32,000 nt of DNA from Gemmata obscuriglobus (GTDB lineage: Bacteria; Planctomycetota; Planctomycetia; Gemmatales; Gemmataceae), in contig NZ_CP042911.1 of NCBI RefSeq assembly GCF_008065095.1, forward strand, positions 60,001 through 92,000, written 5' to 3'. How positions within the stretch are numbered: the stretch's first letter is position 1; the number at the start of each line of letters is the position of its first letter. Below are positions 1 to 7,195 of this stretch, in pieces. The notes under the pieces are model-generated. The model saw only the letters and a program-made list of their open reading frames with translations, did no database searches and had not been told where the DNA came from. The position numbers were made by a program, and so were the translations under genes.

Positions 1-91
1 TCGCAGCGAGCGCCAAGCCGAGAAGGATCGTCGCGAGGCGGACCGCCAGCGCAGCGAGGAAGAGTGGAAGAAAGTGTGGCGTGTGAGTCAT
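1..91 (-). CDS. 5' end of a membrane or secreted protein gene running off the left edge (partial)
   Basis: The reverse complement of 1-91 reads ATG ACT CAC..., giving MTHTPHFLPLFLAALAVRLATILLGLALAA, an uninterrupted hydrophobic helix. It is truncated by the window edge, so it is absent from the ORF track. No function can be assigned from 30 aa. Confidence 0.3.
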   Translation of the reverse strand, partial: MTHTPHFLPLFLAALAVRLATILLGLALAA

Positions 92-135
92 CGCGCGGGA
101 AGTGTACCACAGCGCAGACGGTCAAAGTGAAACAG

Positions 136-192
136 AAAGCGACTCGCGGCCGTGTTCCCTTACTCGAAGGGAACACGGCCGCGAGTCGCTTT
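136..192 (-). terminator. Long perfect hairpin immediately 3' of tRNA-Pro, a likely intrinsic terminator
   Basis: AAAGCGACTCGCGGCCGTGTTCCC (136-159) pairs perfectly with GGGAACACGGCCGCGAGTCGCTTT (169-192), with a 9-nt loop. On the minus strand the stem is followed by TTTCTGTTTC. It sits 5 nt after the tRNA 3' end. Confidence 0.6.
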
Positions 193-197
193 CGTAG

Positions 198-272
198 TCG
201 GGGCGGCGGGATTTGAACCCACGACCTCCTGCTCCCAAGGCAGGCGCGCTAGCCAGACTGCGCTACGCCCCG
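198..272 (-). tRNA. tRNA-Pro (anticodon UGG)
   Basis: The minus strand reads CGGGGCG-TA-GCGC-AGTCTGGCTA-GCGC-G-CCTGC-CTTGGGA-GCAGG-AGGTC-GTGGG-TTCAAAT-CCCGC-CGCCCCG-A. This folds by hand into a 75-nt cloverleaf with a 7-bp acceptor stem, a TTCAAAT T-loop and anticodon loop CT-TGG-GA. No CCA is encoded. Confidence 0.93.
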
Positions 273-349
273 TTCGATTGCGGCTTCCGAACCCGAACGC
301 CGCAATCACATGCTATCGGTTCGCCGGGATACGAAAAAGGGCAAAGGTG

Positions 350-871
350 TCACTTCGCCAACTCGAACGACTTCAGGAACTCGTCCGCCTCTTTGCCGGT
401 CGCTTGCTCCTTCGACCCGATCACGAATACCTGGTAGAGCCGGGCGTCGACCATGATGATTCGGACGCGGAGCGTCAGCGATTCTTTTTCGGCAACCAGG
501 TCGCGAGCGGGGTAGTCCTTGCCGTTCGCCTTGAAGACCGTCTCACTGGACGAAACGATCTTCGCCTTGAAGTTGTCTTCGAGCCCCTTCGCGCCGCCTT
601 CCAGCAGTTTCTTCCCCGGGCTGCTTTTCACCACGTCCGCCGGCAGGTCGGTGTAGATCACCGCGAACCCGACTTTGTCTTTGTCTTTGTCCTTTTCCGC
701 GATGGTGATGTACAGGTCGAGCCCGCCGGCCTTTTGCGGCACTACCTTCGGCTCGAGCGGGAACTTGGCGCTAAACTTCCCGTCCTTGGAGTCGAACTTC
801 TTGTCCTGTCCGGTCAGCGCGCCGGCCCCGAGTACCAGCACGGTCACGGCCAACACCGTTTTAAGGCTCAT
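350..871 (-). CDS. Small secreted protein, paralog 1 of 3 (unknown family)
   Basis: Comes from ORF 350..889. I place the start at ATG 871, which has GGGAG 7 nt upstream and gives MSLKTVLAVTVLVLGAGALTG, a signal peptide. The alternative start is GTG 889, which overlaps the upstream stop. It shares the FP-x-x-PK, YTD-x-P and RLYQV-x-V-x-G...F-x-x-SFEL-x-K motifs with the next two genes. Confidence 0.75.
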   Translation of the reverse strand: MSLKTVLAVTVLVLGAGALTGQDKKFDSKDGKFSAKFPLEPKVVPQKAGGLDLYITIAEKDKDKDKVGFAVIYTDLPADVVKSSPGKKLLEGGAKGLEDNFKAKIVSSSETVFKANGKDYPARDLVAEKESLTLRVRIIMVDARLYQVFVIGSKEQATGKEADEFLKSFELAK

Positions 872-885
872 AGCGAGCTCCCAGG

Positions 886-1422
886 TCACTTGGTCAGGTC
901 GAGCGAGTCGAGGAACGCGGTGGCCTCTTTTCCGCCGACGAACTCGGCGGTTCCGATGACGGCCACCTGATACAAGCGGTTGTCGCGCAGGACCGCACGC
1001 ACCTTGATCCGCTGCTTATCCTTGTCTCTGTCTACGGTAACTTCCCGACCGGGCAACTTGTCGGGACCGAACTCGATTTCCTTTTCGCTCACGGTTCCTT
1101 TGGCCTTGAGCGCGTCCCGCACGCCGTCGAACAGGGTCTTGCGGTTCTCGTCTTTGGCAGCGGCGACCGGGAAATCGGTGTAGCTCACGAGGTACACGTT
1201 CGCGTCGCTCGCCGCGTAGGTCGCGACGTTGATCTTAAGATCGCCCAGGGCGCTCCGGGCCGTTTGGTTGGTGACCTTCGGGGCGCCCGGGAACTTCGCC
1301 GCGTACCGCCCTTCGGTTGAGATGTACGGCTGCCCCGCGGGCTGGGCCTGGAGTAGCACCGCGGACAGGGCGAGGGACGCGAGCGCGCTGGCGCATCGAG
1401 GACTGGTTCGGCGGTGGATCAC
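886..1422 (-). CDS. Small secreted protein, paralog 2 of 3
   Basis: GTG start at 1422 is the only in-frame start before the hydrophobic core (VIHRRTSPRCASALASLALSAVLLQAQP). It overlaps the upstream stop as GTGA. The C-terminus ...DNRLYQVAVIGTAEFVGGKEATAFLDSLDLTK is paralogous to its neighbours. Confidence 0.75.
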   Translation of the reverse strand: MIHRRTSPRCASALASLALSAVLLQAQPAGQPYISTEGRYAAKFPGAPKVTNQTARSALGDLKINVATYAASDANVYLVSYTDFPVAAAKDENRKTLFDGVRDALKAKGTVSEKEIEFGPDKLPGREVTVDRDKDKQRIKVRAVLRDNRLYQVAVIGTAEFVGGKEATAFLDSLDLTK

Positions 1423-1940
1423 TTGGTCAGCTCGAACGAGTTAATGAACTTGTCCGCGGTCTCGGAAGTCACCACTTCCTTCGATCCCTGGACCATCACC
1501 TGGTACAGGCGCCGCTCGACGATCACCATTCTATTGCGGAGGAACCCGTTAGGGGTTTCCAGCACCACGTCCCGGCCCGTGAACTTGGCGTCGCCGAGCG
1601 AGAGCGTGACCTCTTTGTCCTCGATCACTTTCCCGTTCTCACCCTTAACCGCGTCGCGGACCTTCTCGAGCCGCGGCCCCGGAGGCCGCTTCGAAACCTC
1701 TTCGGACGCGTCGATGTGGCTGACGGCGAAGCTAATGTCGCCTTTGAGTTCCACGGAGTCGATGGTGAGCTTGAGGGTGTCCTTGCCGGACACCACGTCC
1801 GTCGTCGCCGTCTTCGGTGTGCCGGGGAACTGGATCTTGTAGCGCCCGTCACCGGATGCGAAGGGCTTGAAGTCCTGCCCGCGTGCGGCGAGTGGGAGAG
1901 CCAGCAGTAACGCCATGAGCGCGAACGTCCGTGCCCGCAT
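1419..1940 (-). CDS. Small secreted protein, paralog 3 of 3
   Basis: Comes from ORF 1419..2207, trimmed to ATG 1940, which has GGAGG 8 nt upstream. This gives the signal peptide MRARTFALMALLLALPLAARG. The C-terminus is ...ERRLYQVMVQGSKEVVTSETADKFINSFELTK. Confidence 0.75.
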   Translation of the reverse strand: MRARTFALMALLLALPLAARGQDFKPFASGDGRYKIQFPGTPKTATTDVVSGKDTLKLTIDSVELKGDISFAVSHIDASEEVSKRPPGPRLEKVRDAVKGENGKVIEDKEVTLSLGDAKFTGRDVVLETPNGFLRNRMVIVERRLYQVMVQGSKEVVTSETADKFINSFELTK

Positions 1941-2161
1941 AGGTCCGCCTCCGAGTGGTGAGACGCCAGAGCCTAGACGATGCGCTGAACGCGCGGCAAG
2001 AGCAGCAGGAGGAGTGCGGGGTGAGAGGCAATGGTTGTGAGGAGAGGCTTGAACTCGCGCGGGTCGATTTGCGTTTCGGGACAGTGACGAAGCGCGCCAG
2101 GGATGGAACAGAGGGTCCGCGCTGTCTCGGGTCGCCGCCACCCAGCGAGGTGCCCTTAAAC

Positions 2162-2205
2162 GCTCAGGGGGCAGGGCACCGCACCCGGTACCCTGCCCCC
2201 TGAGC
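2162..2205 (-). terminator. GC-rich hairpin downstream of parB
   Basis: GCTCAGGGGGCAGGG (2162-2176) pairs perfectly with CCCTGCCCCCTGAGC (2191-2205), a 15-bp stem. There is extra ACCG/CGGT pairing inside the loop. It lies 23 nt after the parB stop on the minus strand. The trailing U-tract is weak (GTTTAAG). Confidence 0.5.
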
Positions 2206-2227
2206 ATGGCTCTTGGTTTCCCGGCAC

Positions 2228-3157
2228 TTACTTTTGCAGCGCCTGGATAATCCGCTCGAAGTCGTCGTTGGAGTCAAACCCGATCACGATTTGGCCCTTG
2301 TCCTTGGCCTTCACCTTGATCTCGATCTTCACCGCGAGCCGCTGCCGGAGGTCGTCTTCGAGCCCCTTCACGTGTGCGGTCTTCTCGGCAGGTTCCTTTT
2401 TCTCGGCCGGTGCCGCGGCCGCCAGTTCGGTGCCCGCGGCGGCGAGCTTGTGCTGCTTGACCAGCAGCTCGAGGGCGTGAACCGAGTAGTTCTTCATGAT
2501 CGCGTCCTTCGCGAACGCGAGCTGCTGTTCCAGGTCCGTGACGCCCTTCAGCACCTTGGCGTGACCCATCGTGAGCTGCCCGTTGCGAACGGCGGCCTGC
2601 ACGTCCGGGTGCAGGTTCAGCAGACCGAGCAGGTTCGTGACGGTGGTGCGATCGAGGCCCAGGCGCCCGGCGAGCTGGTCCTGGGTCATCTTGAACTTGT
2701 CCATGTACTCCTTGAACCCCTGAGCCTTTTCCAGTGGGTTCAGGTCGGTGCGCTGAATGTTCTCCACGAGCGCCGCCTCGAAGACCTGCTGGTCCTCGAA
2801 GTGGACGACGTGAACCGGCACCTCGGCGAGCCCGGCACTGCGGGCGGCCCGCAGCCGCCGTTCGCCGGCAATGAGCTGGTACTCCTCGCCGGCGGCCCGC
2901 ACCACCAGCGGCTGAAGGACGCCGTGCGTTTTGATGCTGGCCGCGAGTGACGCCAGCTCTTCGTCGTCGAACTGCTTGCGCGGCTGGTACGGGTTGAACG
3001 CGATCTTCCCGAGCGGCAGCTTCGCAACCGGGGCATCGGAACTCGGCGCCGAGATGTCACCGAGGAGGGCGTTGAGGCCGCGGGCGAGACGGGGAGGAGC
3101 TTTGACGGTCGCTTCCATGCGTTGAACTCCCGAGAGGGTTAAATCGGGCGGGTTCAT
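2228..3157 (-). CDS. parB: Chromosome partitioning protein ParB/Spo0J
   Basis: Motifs: GLNALLGD, IAFNPYQPRKQFDDEELASLAASIKTHGVLQPLVVR, LIAGERRLRAARSAGL and an HTH region (MTQDQLAGRLGLDRTTVTNLLGLL). Start set at ATG 3157 with GGAGG 6 nt upstream, giving 309 aa, a typical ParB length. The in-frame upstream extension to 3448 has no support. Confidence 0.92.
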   Translation of the reverse strand: MNPPDLTLSGVQRMEATVKAPPRLARGLNALLGDISAPSSDAPVAKLPLGKIAFNPYQPRKQFDDEELASLAASIKTHGVLQPLVVRAAGEEYQLIAGERRLRAARSAGLAEVPVHVVHFEDQQVFEAALVENIQRTDLNPLEKAQGFKEYMDKFKMTQDQLAGRLGLDRTTVTNLLGLLNLHPDVQAAVRNGQLTMGHAKVLKGVTDLEQQLAFAKDAIMKNYSVHALELLVKQHKLAAAGTELAAAAPAEKKEPAEKTAHVKGLEDDLRQRLAVKIEIKVKAKDKGQIVIGFDSNDDFERIIQALQK

Positions 3158-3479
3158 AGCAACCTCCGTCGCGGTGGGAAGTGGAACTGGACCGACCGCG
3201 AAATCGCGCTCCTTGGGCGCGTCAGAGTCGGGGGATGAGGCGGTCCCTTTCGGACGCGGCTTTCGGAGCCAGGTGCGTGCAGTCGCAAGCGGCGCAGCCA
3301 CGAAAGCGGACCCATCGGGCAACAGACCATACGCCTGAAGTGCGAAGTCGTGGGCCGGAAACGATCCGCGAGGAACGTCGGCTGGCATGAGAGTGTTTTC
3401 TCCGTTCGGCACAACAAGCCAGGTCGCCGCGTCTTCTTTCCGATCCAACCGTCGCCGTCAGCAGAGTGGCGCCGGTTGA

Positions 3480-3495
3480 TGTTCCACGTGGAACA
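3480..3495. promoter_or_regulatory. parS centromere-like site 1 (TGTTCCACGTGGAACA)
   Basis: Perfect 16-bp palindrome, 18 bp if the flanking A/T are counted. It matches the canonical parS consensus TGTTNCACGTGAAACA apart from the symmetric C/G variant. It lies 323 bp upstream of parB. Confidence 0.8.
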
Positions 3496-3574
3496 TTCGT
3501 TCGGGCCGCCCCAGGCGGCAAAGGGCGCCAGATCGGATCGGTCGTTACAGTCGTTACATTCTGACAACGGCCGA

Positions 3575-3590
3575 CGTTCCACGTGGAACA
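3575..3590. promoter_or_regulatory. parS centromere-like site 2 (cGTTCCACGTGGAACA)
   Basis: Has the same 14-bp core GTTCCACGTGGAAC (3576-3589). One outer position differs from site 1. Confidence 0.75.
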
Positions 3591-4152
3591 TCAACCGGCG
3601 TCGGAACGTCCGGCAAGTGCGACCGCCGAGAGGATCGTTTGCCGAGTGTCTTGACTGGTCGGGTTAATCGTTGCAGGCGGTAAAGTCCGTGCCCTCGACG
3701 CAACCGAACTGGCCGCGCAGACGCGTGCAACGGCGCGTGTCTGCGCACTGCTTTCAGCCTGAAACGCAGCGAGATTCGATTCTGCGCGACGGTGAAGAAA
3801 GTGGCCTTGTCGGTTGCCAGAAAACCGGACTACCATCCGCCCCGCTGGGCCAACGGACCGGAACCTGAAGGCCGAGCACGAGTCCGCTCAGGACCGGAAC
3901 CCTGGGCGGACTCGTTACGGGATCAGCAACTGGTCCCGCCGGAGAAGAGGTGTTGAGATCGGCCCTTTGCGAGCGCGGGTGACGCGCGTGCGGTGTGGCG
4001 CCTCAGGCGTCGCCCGAGCAGGGGTCGGCACACTCCACACCAACCGGATCGCGTGGACGACTCACGCCGCGGACCGCGGGCAGGAACGCCCGCACGCGGA
4101 CCGTGAACGATTCGCGCTCGTTACTACCGACGGTTGTTTAGGAGCGTTGCGC

Positions 4153-5256
4153 ATGGATGCGACTCGTGGCCCGATTCTGTTTCGCTGCGACGGCACCTCG
4201 GCCCGCGGGTGGGAGCCGTTCTACCAGTGCCTGTCGCTCGCCGCGGCCCTCCAGCGCCGCCGCCGTGGCACCCACTTCCTCAGCTACCTCGATCCGCTCT
4301 CGCTCGCGACCGTCGTCAACCGTGGGAACAACGACTGGATCCCTGCCGAGCAACCGCTCGGTTCCGACGGCGACCTGGCGGCTACCATCGCCCAGGTGCG
4401 CAAGATGAACGCCGCGGCGGTGGTGGTGGCGGGCGACGGCTATGACGCCGACTACCTTCGTGAGCTGAAGAAGACCGGCGCGCTGGTGATGGCGTTCGAC
4501 TCGTCCGCGGACATGCGGTTCCCGGCCGATCTGGTCGTGAACCCGCTCCTGCACCCCGGACGCAAGGCGTTCCGGATGGAGCCCGGATGTCAGCTCCTGG
4601 TGGGCCACCGCTACGCCCTCTGCCGCGGGGTGTTTCGCCGGCAGCGCACGATCCGTGCGACGGAGCCGCCGATGCCGTTCCGCGCACTCGTGGCGATGGG
4701 CGATGACGACGCGGCGGGCGAGGCACTGACCCGGGCACAGCAACTCCTTCAGATGCCGAAGGTTGCGAAGGTCACGGTGACGGCCCGCACTCACCACCCG
4801 CGCTACGACGAACTGCTGGCCCTCGCGGACGACAGCAACGGGAAGATGGAAGTCGTCACCGAGACGAAGGAGCTGATGACGCGCCTGGTGCGGGCTCACT
4901 TCGCGCTGACGAGCGGCGACGTCTGGTCGCCGGAACTGTGTGTGGTCGGCATCCCGCAACTCATCCTGAGCCAGACGAAGCAGCAGGCGGGTACGGCCAA
5001 GAAGCTCGACGAGGACGGCGTTGCCACCTACCTCGGCGCGGCGACGAACGTGACCTTCGAGCAGCTTCAAGAGGCTGTGGACCTGCTCCATGACGACCCG
5101 ATGGAGCGGAAGGGGATGACGCGGTGCGCCCGCAACACGTTCGACGGCCGCGGGCCGGACCGGATCGTGAACGGCTTGGAGATCATGCTGCACAGCCCGT
5201 CCCGGAAGCGGGCCGCGTCGTTCGCCCCGACACACGGGCTGAAGATCGCTGCGTAA
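4153..5256 (+). CDS. PseG/SpsG-like glycosyltransferase-fold protein (UDP-sugar hydrolase family), divergent
   Basis: Comes from ORF 3814..5256, trimmed to ATG 4153 with AGGAG 8 nt upstream. The N-terminus ILFRCDGTSARGWEPFYQCLSLAAAL resembles the PseG FR-x-D-x-S-x-x-IG-x-GH-x-MRCL-x-LA motif as I remember it. The C-terminal half resembles the GT28 C-terminal domain. The family call rests on memory only. Confidence 0.6.
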   Translation: MDATRGPILFRCDGTSARGWEPFYQCLSLAAALQRRRRGTHFLSYLDPLSLATVVNRGNNDWIPAEQPLGSDGDLAATIAQVRKMNAAAVVVAGDGYDADYLRELKKTGALVMAFDSSADMRFPADLVVNPLLHPGRKAFRMEPGCQLLVGHRYALCRGVFRRQRTIRATEPPMPFRALVAMGDDDAAGEALTRAQQLLQMPKVAKVTVTARTHHPRYDELLALADDSNGKMEVVTETKELMTRLVRAHFALTSGDVWSPELCVVGIPQLILSQTKQQAGTAKKLDEDGVATYLGAATNVTFEQLQEAVDLLHDDPMERKGMTRCARNTFDGRGPDRIVNGLEIMLHSPSRKRAASFAPTHGLKIAA

Positions 5257-5288
5257 GCCGTTGGCTGTTGAAGTGCTGGTGAAGGCGG

Positions 5289-5325
5289 TCCCGGTTCGTT
5301 ACGCTTCAGTGCGTGCGAACCGGGA
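5289..5325 (+). terminator. Hairpin after the PseG-like gene
   Basis: TCCCGGTTCG (5289-5298) pairs with CGAACCGGGA (5316-5325), a 10-bp stem with a 17-nt loop. It is followed by TCGCTTCGTTTCGG and lies 33 nt after the stop. Confidence 0.4.
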
Positions 5326-5361
5326 TCGCTTCGTTTCGGGGCCACACATCGAGGACTCGAA

Positions 5362-6318
5362 ATGCGCCGGAACGCCCTCTCGCGGATCGAGTTCGTGGTC
5401 GCGCTGCTGATGGTCGCGGTACTCGCTGGGCTGGGGTTTTCGCTGATCCAGCGAGTACGCGAGTCGGCTGCGCGAACTTCTTGCCAGAGCAACCTCCGAC
5501 AACTCGCGCTTGGGGTGCTCAACTACGATGGTGTCAACGCCCAACTTCCACCTCTCGTCGATGCAGATGCCGGACTGATGTCCGTGTTCGCACAACTCTG
5601 CCCATACCTTGAAGCATCGTCTCGAATGTACGCTTCTCCGCGCTCGAGTGCGGAGCGGTATCATGCCGCTTCGTCGGTCTCTTTTCCCTTCACTGGTCAG
5701 AGTGGGCAAAAGTCGTCTCAAGACGGTGGCGATGCGAATCAGATCTGGAGCTTCTTCCTCGATCCCGCCGACCCGACGCCGAAGGGACAGCGCGACGTTC
5801 CGGTGACGTTGCCCCACGGATCAATTGGCTACTACGCGACCGGGAACTATGCCGTGAACGGTCTGCTCGCGTGGGGTAAGAAGTCTAGCGCGAAGTCACT
5901 CGAAGAATGGCCGGCGCCTGCGGTCCTGTTCGCCGAGCGCCTGCAAACGTGCCGCACGGCCAACGGCGAAGTGATTCACAACTTGTGGGGTGTGGGCTTC
6001 TACAGTCCGAATCTGCCGGCGTTCGCTGCGCTCACTCCAACTGACCCGCCTGGGCTTCAATCGACGGGCCAAATTGCTCCGGCCACCGGCGGCCAGTTCC
6101 GTATTGGTCGCGCCGACGCTGTCCCGCAATCCGCCGATTTCTCGACACCGATTCAGCTCCTGCGTGACGGTCAGCCGTGCGACCCGCGCTTGCCCGCAAC
6201 ACCGCATCGTACCGGAATGCCGACCGCGATGAGTGACGGCAGCGTTCGTGTTTTCGCACCGAACACTGACGCCGAGACGTTTTGGGCCGCGTGTGCCGGA
6301 CCGCCACCGGTGCGCTGA
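5362..6318 (+). CDS. DUF1559 / H-X9-DG pseudopilin-like protein with a prepilin-type N-terminal helix
   Basis: The N-terminus is MRRNALSRIEFVVALLMVAVLAGL...VRESAARTSCQSNLRQLALGVLNY, a degenerate prepilin cleavage/methylation motif that retains the Glu. The C-terminal H-RTGMPTAMS-DG fits H-X9-DG exactly. GAGGAC precedes the ATG. Confidence 0.85.
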   Translation: MRRNALSRIEFVVALLMVAVLAGLGFSLIQRVRESAARTSCQSNLRQLALGVLNYDGVNAQLPPLVDADAGLMSVFAQLCPYLEASSRMYASPRSSAERYHAASSVSFPFTGQSGQKSSQDGGDANQIWSFFLDPADPTPKGQRDVPVTLPHGSIGYYATGNYAVNGLLAWGKKSSAKSLEEWPAPAVLFAERLQTCRTANGEVIHNLWGVGFYSPNLPAFAALTPTDPPGLQSTGQIAPATGGQFRIGRADAVPQSADFSTPIQLLRDGQPCDPRLPATPHRTGMPTAMSDGSVRVFAPNTDAETFWAACAGPPPVR

Positions 6319-6392
6319 GCACCGAGACGAGGAATGCAAAACCGAGTACGAGATGCGAGACAGTTGGTACTCTCAATCACCACGAGGAGTCG

Positions 6393-6908
6393 ATGCTGGA
6401 TTTTGACAACCTCGATCCCAATCGGAACGAAGACCCGACAGAAGCCGACTGGTTCATTGCGGCCAAGAACCGCGCTGCCACTCTCGGCGTTGCCCTCATT
6501 GCAACAGCGGTTCTTTGCGGACTGAGCAACTTCAGCGGCCTGCTAGCGCTGAGCGCGATTCGGCAGAACGCGGCTCCGCAACGGCCCGAGCAAAACGTGA
6601 ATGCGGATCAGCGGAAGCAGTTGGAACGCGGGCGAGGTGCCGGGCCGGTACTCGATTTCCTGTGCGTCGGTGCGATCAGCTTCGTCTACCTGCCCGTACT
6701 GATCGGGGGCATCGCGCTTCAGCGCGGCTCGGGCCGGGTCTTCGGGATCGCTGCCGCGAGTTGCTCGATGCTTCCGTGCAGTCCGGGCTTCCTTCTTGCA
6801 CTGCCTGTTGGTGTCTGGGCCTTGATCGTTCTGAACAATGAAGACGTCAAAGCCGCTCTGGATTTCACACCGCCGGAGGAGGAACGCCCTCGCCGAAGAC
6901 GCCGGTGA
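6393..6908 (+). CDS. Hypothetical multi-pass membrane protein with an Arg-rich tail
   Basis: Comes from ORF 6282..6908, trimmed to ATG 6393 with GAGGAG 4 nt upstream. It has three to four hydrophobic segments and ends in PRRRRR. The C-terminal module resembles that of CDS 19523..20170. Confidence 0.65.
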   Translation: MLDFDNLDPNRNEDPTEADWFIAAKNRAATLGVALIATAVLCGLSNFSGLLALSAIRQNAAPQRPEQNVNADQRKQLERGRGAGPVLDFLCVGAISFVYLPVLIGGIALQRGSGRVFGIAAASCSMLPCSPGFLLALPVGVWALIVLNNEDVKAALDFTPPEEERPRRRRR

Positions 6909-7195
6909 CACACGAGAGAGCACACCGACCGGCACGGCATACGAGCATCCGTCAACGTCGCACGTGGTAGTCGGTCTGCTGTGGGGTATTGCTCAGCTCG
7001 ATCGTTCCGCTGCGGCCGACACTGTGACCGGGGTTCTCGCAGGGCTCGGGTAAGGCTGCAGGTTCGACGACGTGCTCCTTCCGACCATTGTTTGCACTGC
7101 GCCGCTGTAACCGATCCGCTCCTCCGCTCCTCCGCACATCCACGTGGACCCGGGCATCTGGTATCCTCACACCACCAAGAGGTGAGGAGCCAGAC

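Larger units (their letters stand above)
3470..3600. repeat. 25-bp perfect inverted repeat containing both parS cores
   Basis: CGCCGGTTGATGTTCCACGTGGAAC (3470-3494) is the exact reverse complement of 3576-3600. The 81-bp spacer contains the tandem direct repeat GTCGTTACA-GTCGTTACA (3541-3558). Confidence 0.85.

Noticed and set aside
276-307. The hairpin GATTGCGGC...GCCGCAATC between the paralog array and tRNA-Pro, considered as a terminator.
   Set aside because: It has a 9-bp stem but no U-tract, and it abuts the tRNA 5' end. It could equally be part of a tRNA precursor leader, so I did not list it as a feature.
152-970. Long ORFs antisense to, or out of frame with, the called genes. Examples: 152..970+, 2213..2950+, 4138..5235-, 7472..8332-, 8360..9166-, 11285..12226+, 14550..15416+, 21674..22888+, 22892..23654+, 26667..27395-, 28915..29994-, 31252..31995-.
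   Set aside because: They are Arg/Pro/Gly-rich with no motifs and no RBS. Each lies opposite, or overlaps in another frame, a gene with clear family signatures. Such ORFs are the expected by-product of roughly 70% GC DNA, where stop codons are rare.
3158-3448. The 97-codon in-frame N-terminal extension of parB (ORF start at 3448), and similar long extensions of the ORFs at 1419..2207, 3814..5256, 7088..8941, 10104..10928, 10934..12511 and 25013..26446.
   Set aside because: Internal ATGs with good Shine-Dalgarno sequences give proteins of canonical length that begin with the expected N-terminal motifs or signal peptides. The extensions are low-complexity.
3800-3960. A possible SRP RNA, RNase P RNA, tmRNA or 6S RNA in the large intergenic regions (3158-4152, 13676-13978, 14290-14860, 15297-15678, 16536-16967).
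   Set aside because: The signature sequences I know are absent: GGAAGCAGCC-type SRP domain IV, GAGGAAAGTCCGGGC in RNase P P4, and the tRNA-like TTCGAATCC 3' end of tmRNA. Hairpins alone do not justify an RNA gene call.
3158-4152. The idea that the gene-free region beside parB is the replication origin.
   Set aside because: I found no TTATCCACA-type DnaA boxes, no clustered near-matches and no AT-rich unwinding element. dnaA and dnaN are not in the window. Only the parS function is supported.
7133-7150. A third parS-like site: ACATCCACGTGGACCC upstream of polX.
   Set aside because: Only the central 10-bp palindrome TCCACGTGGA matches, 11 of 16 positions against the sites at 3480 and 3575. 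The outer GTT/AAC positions that define parS are missing, so it is probably a chance palindrome.
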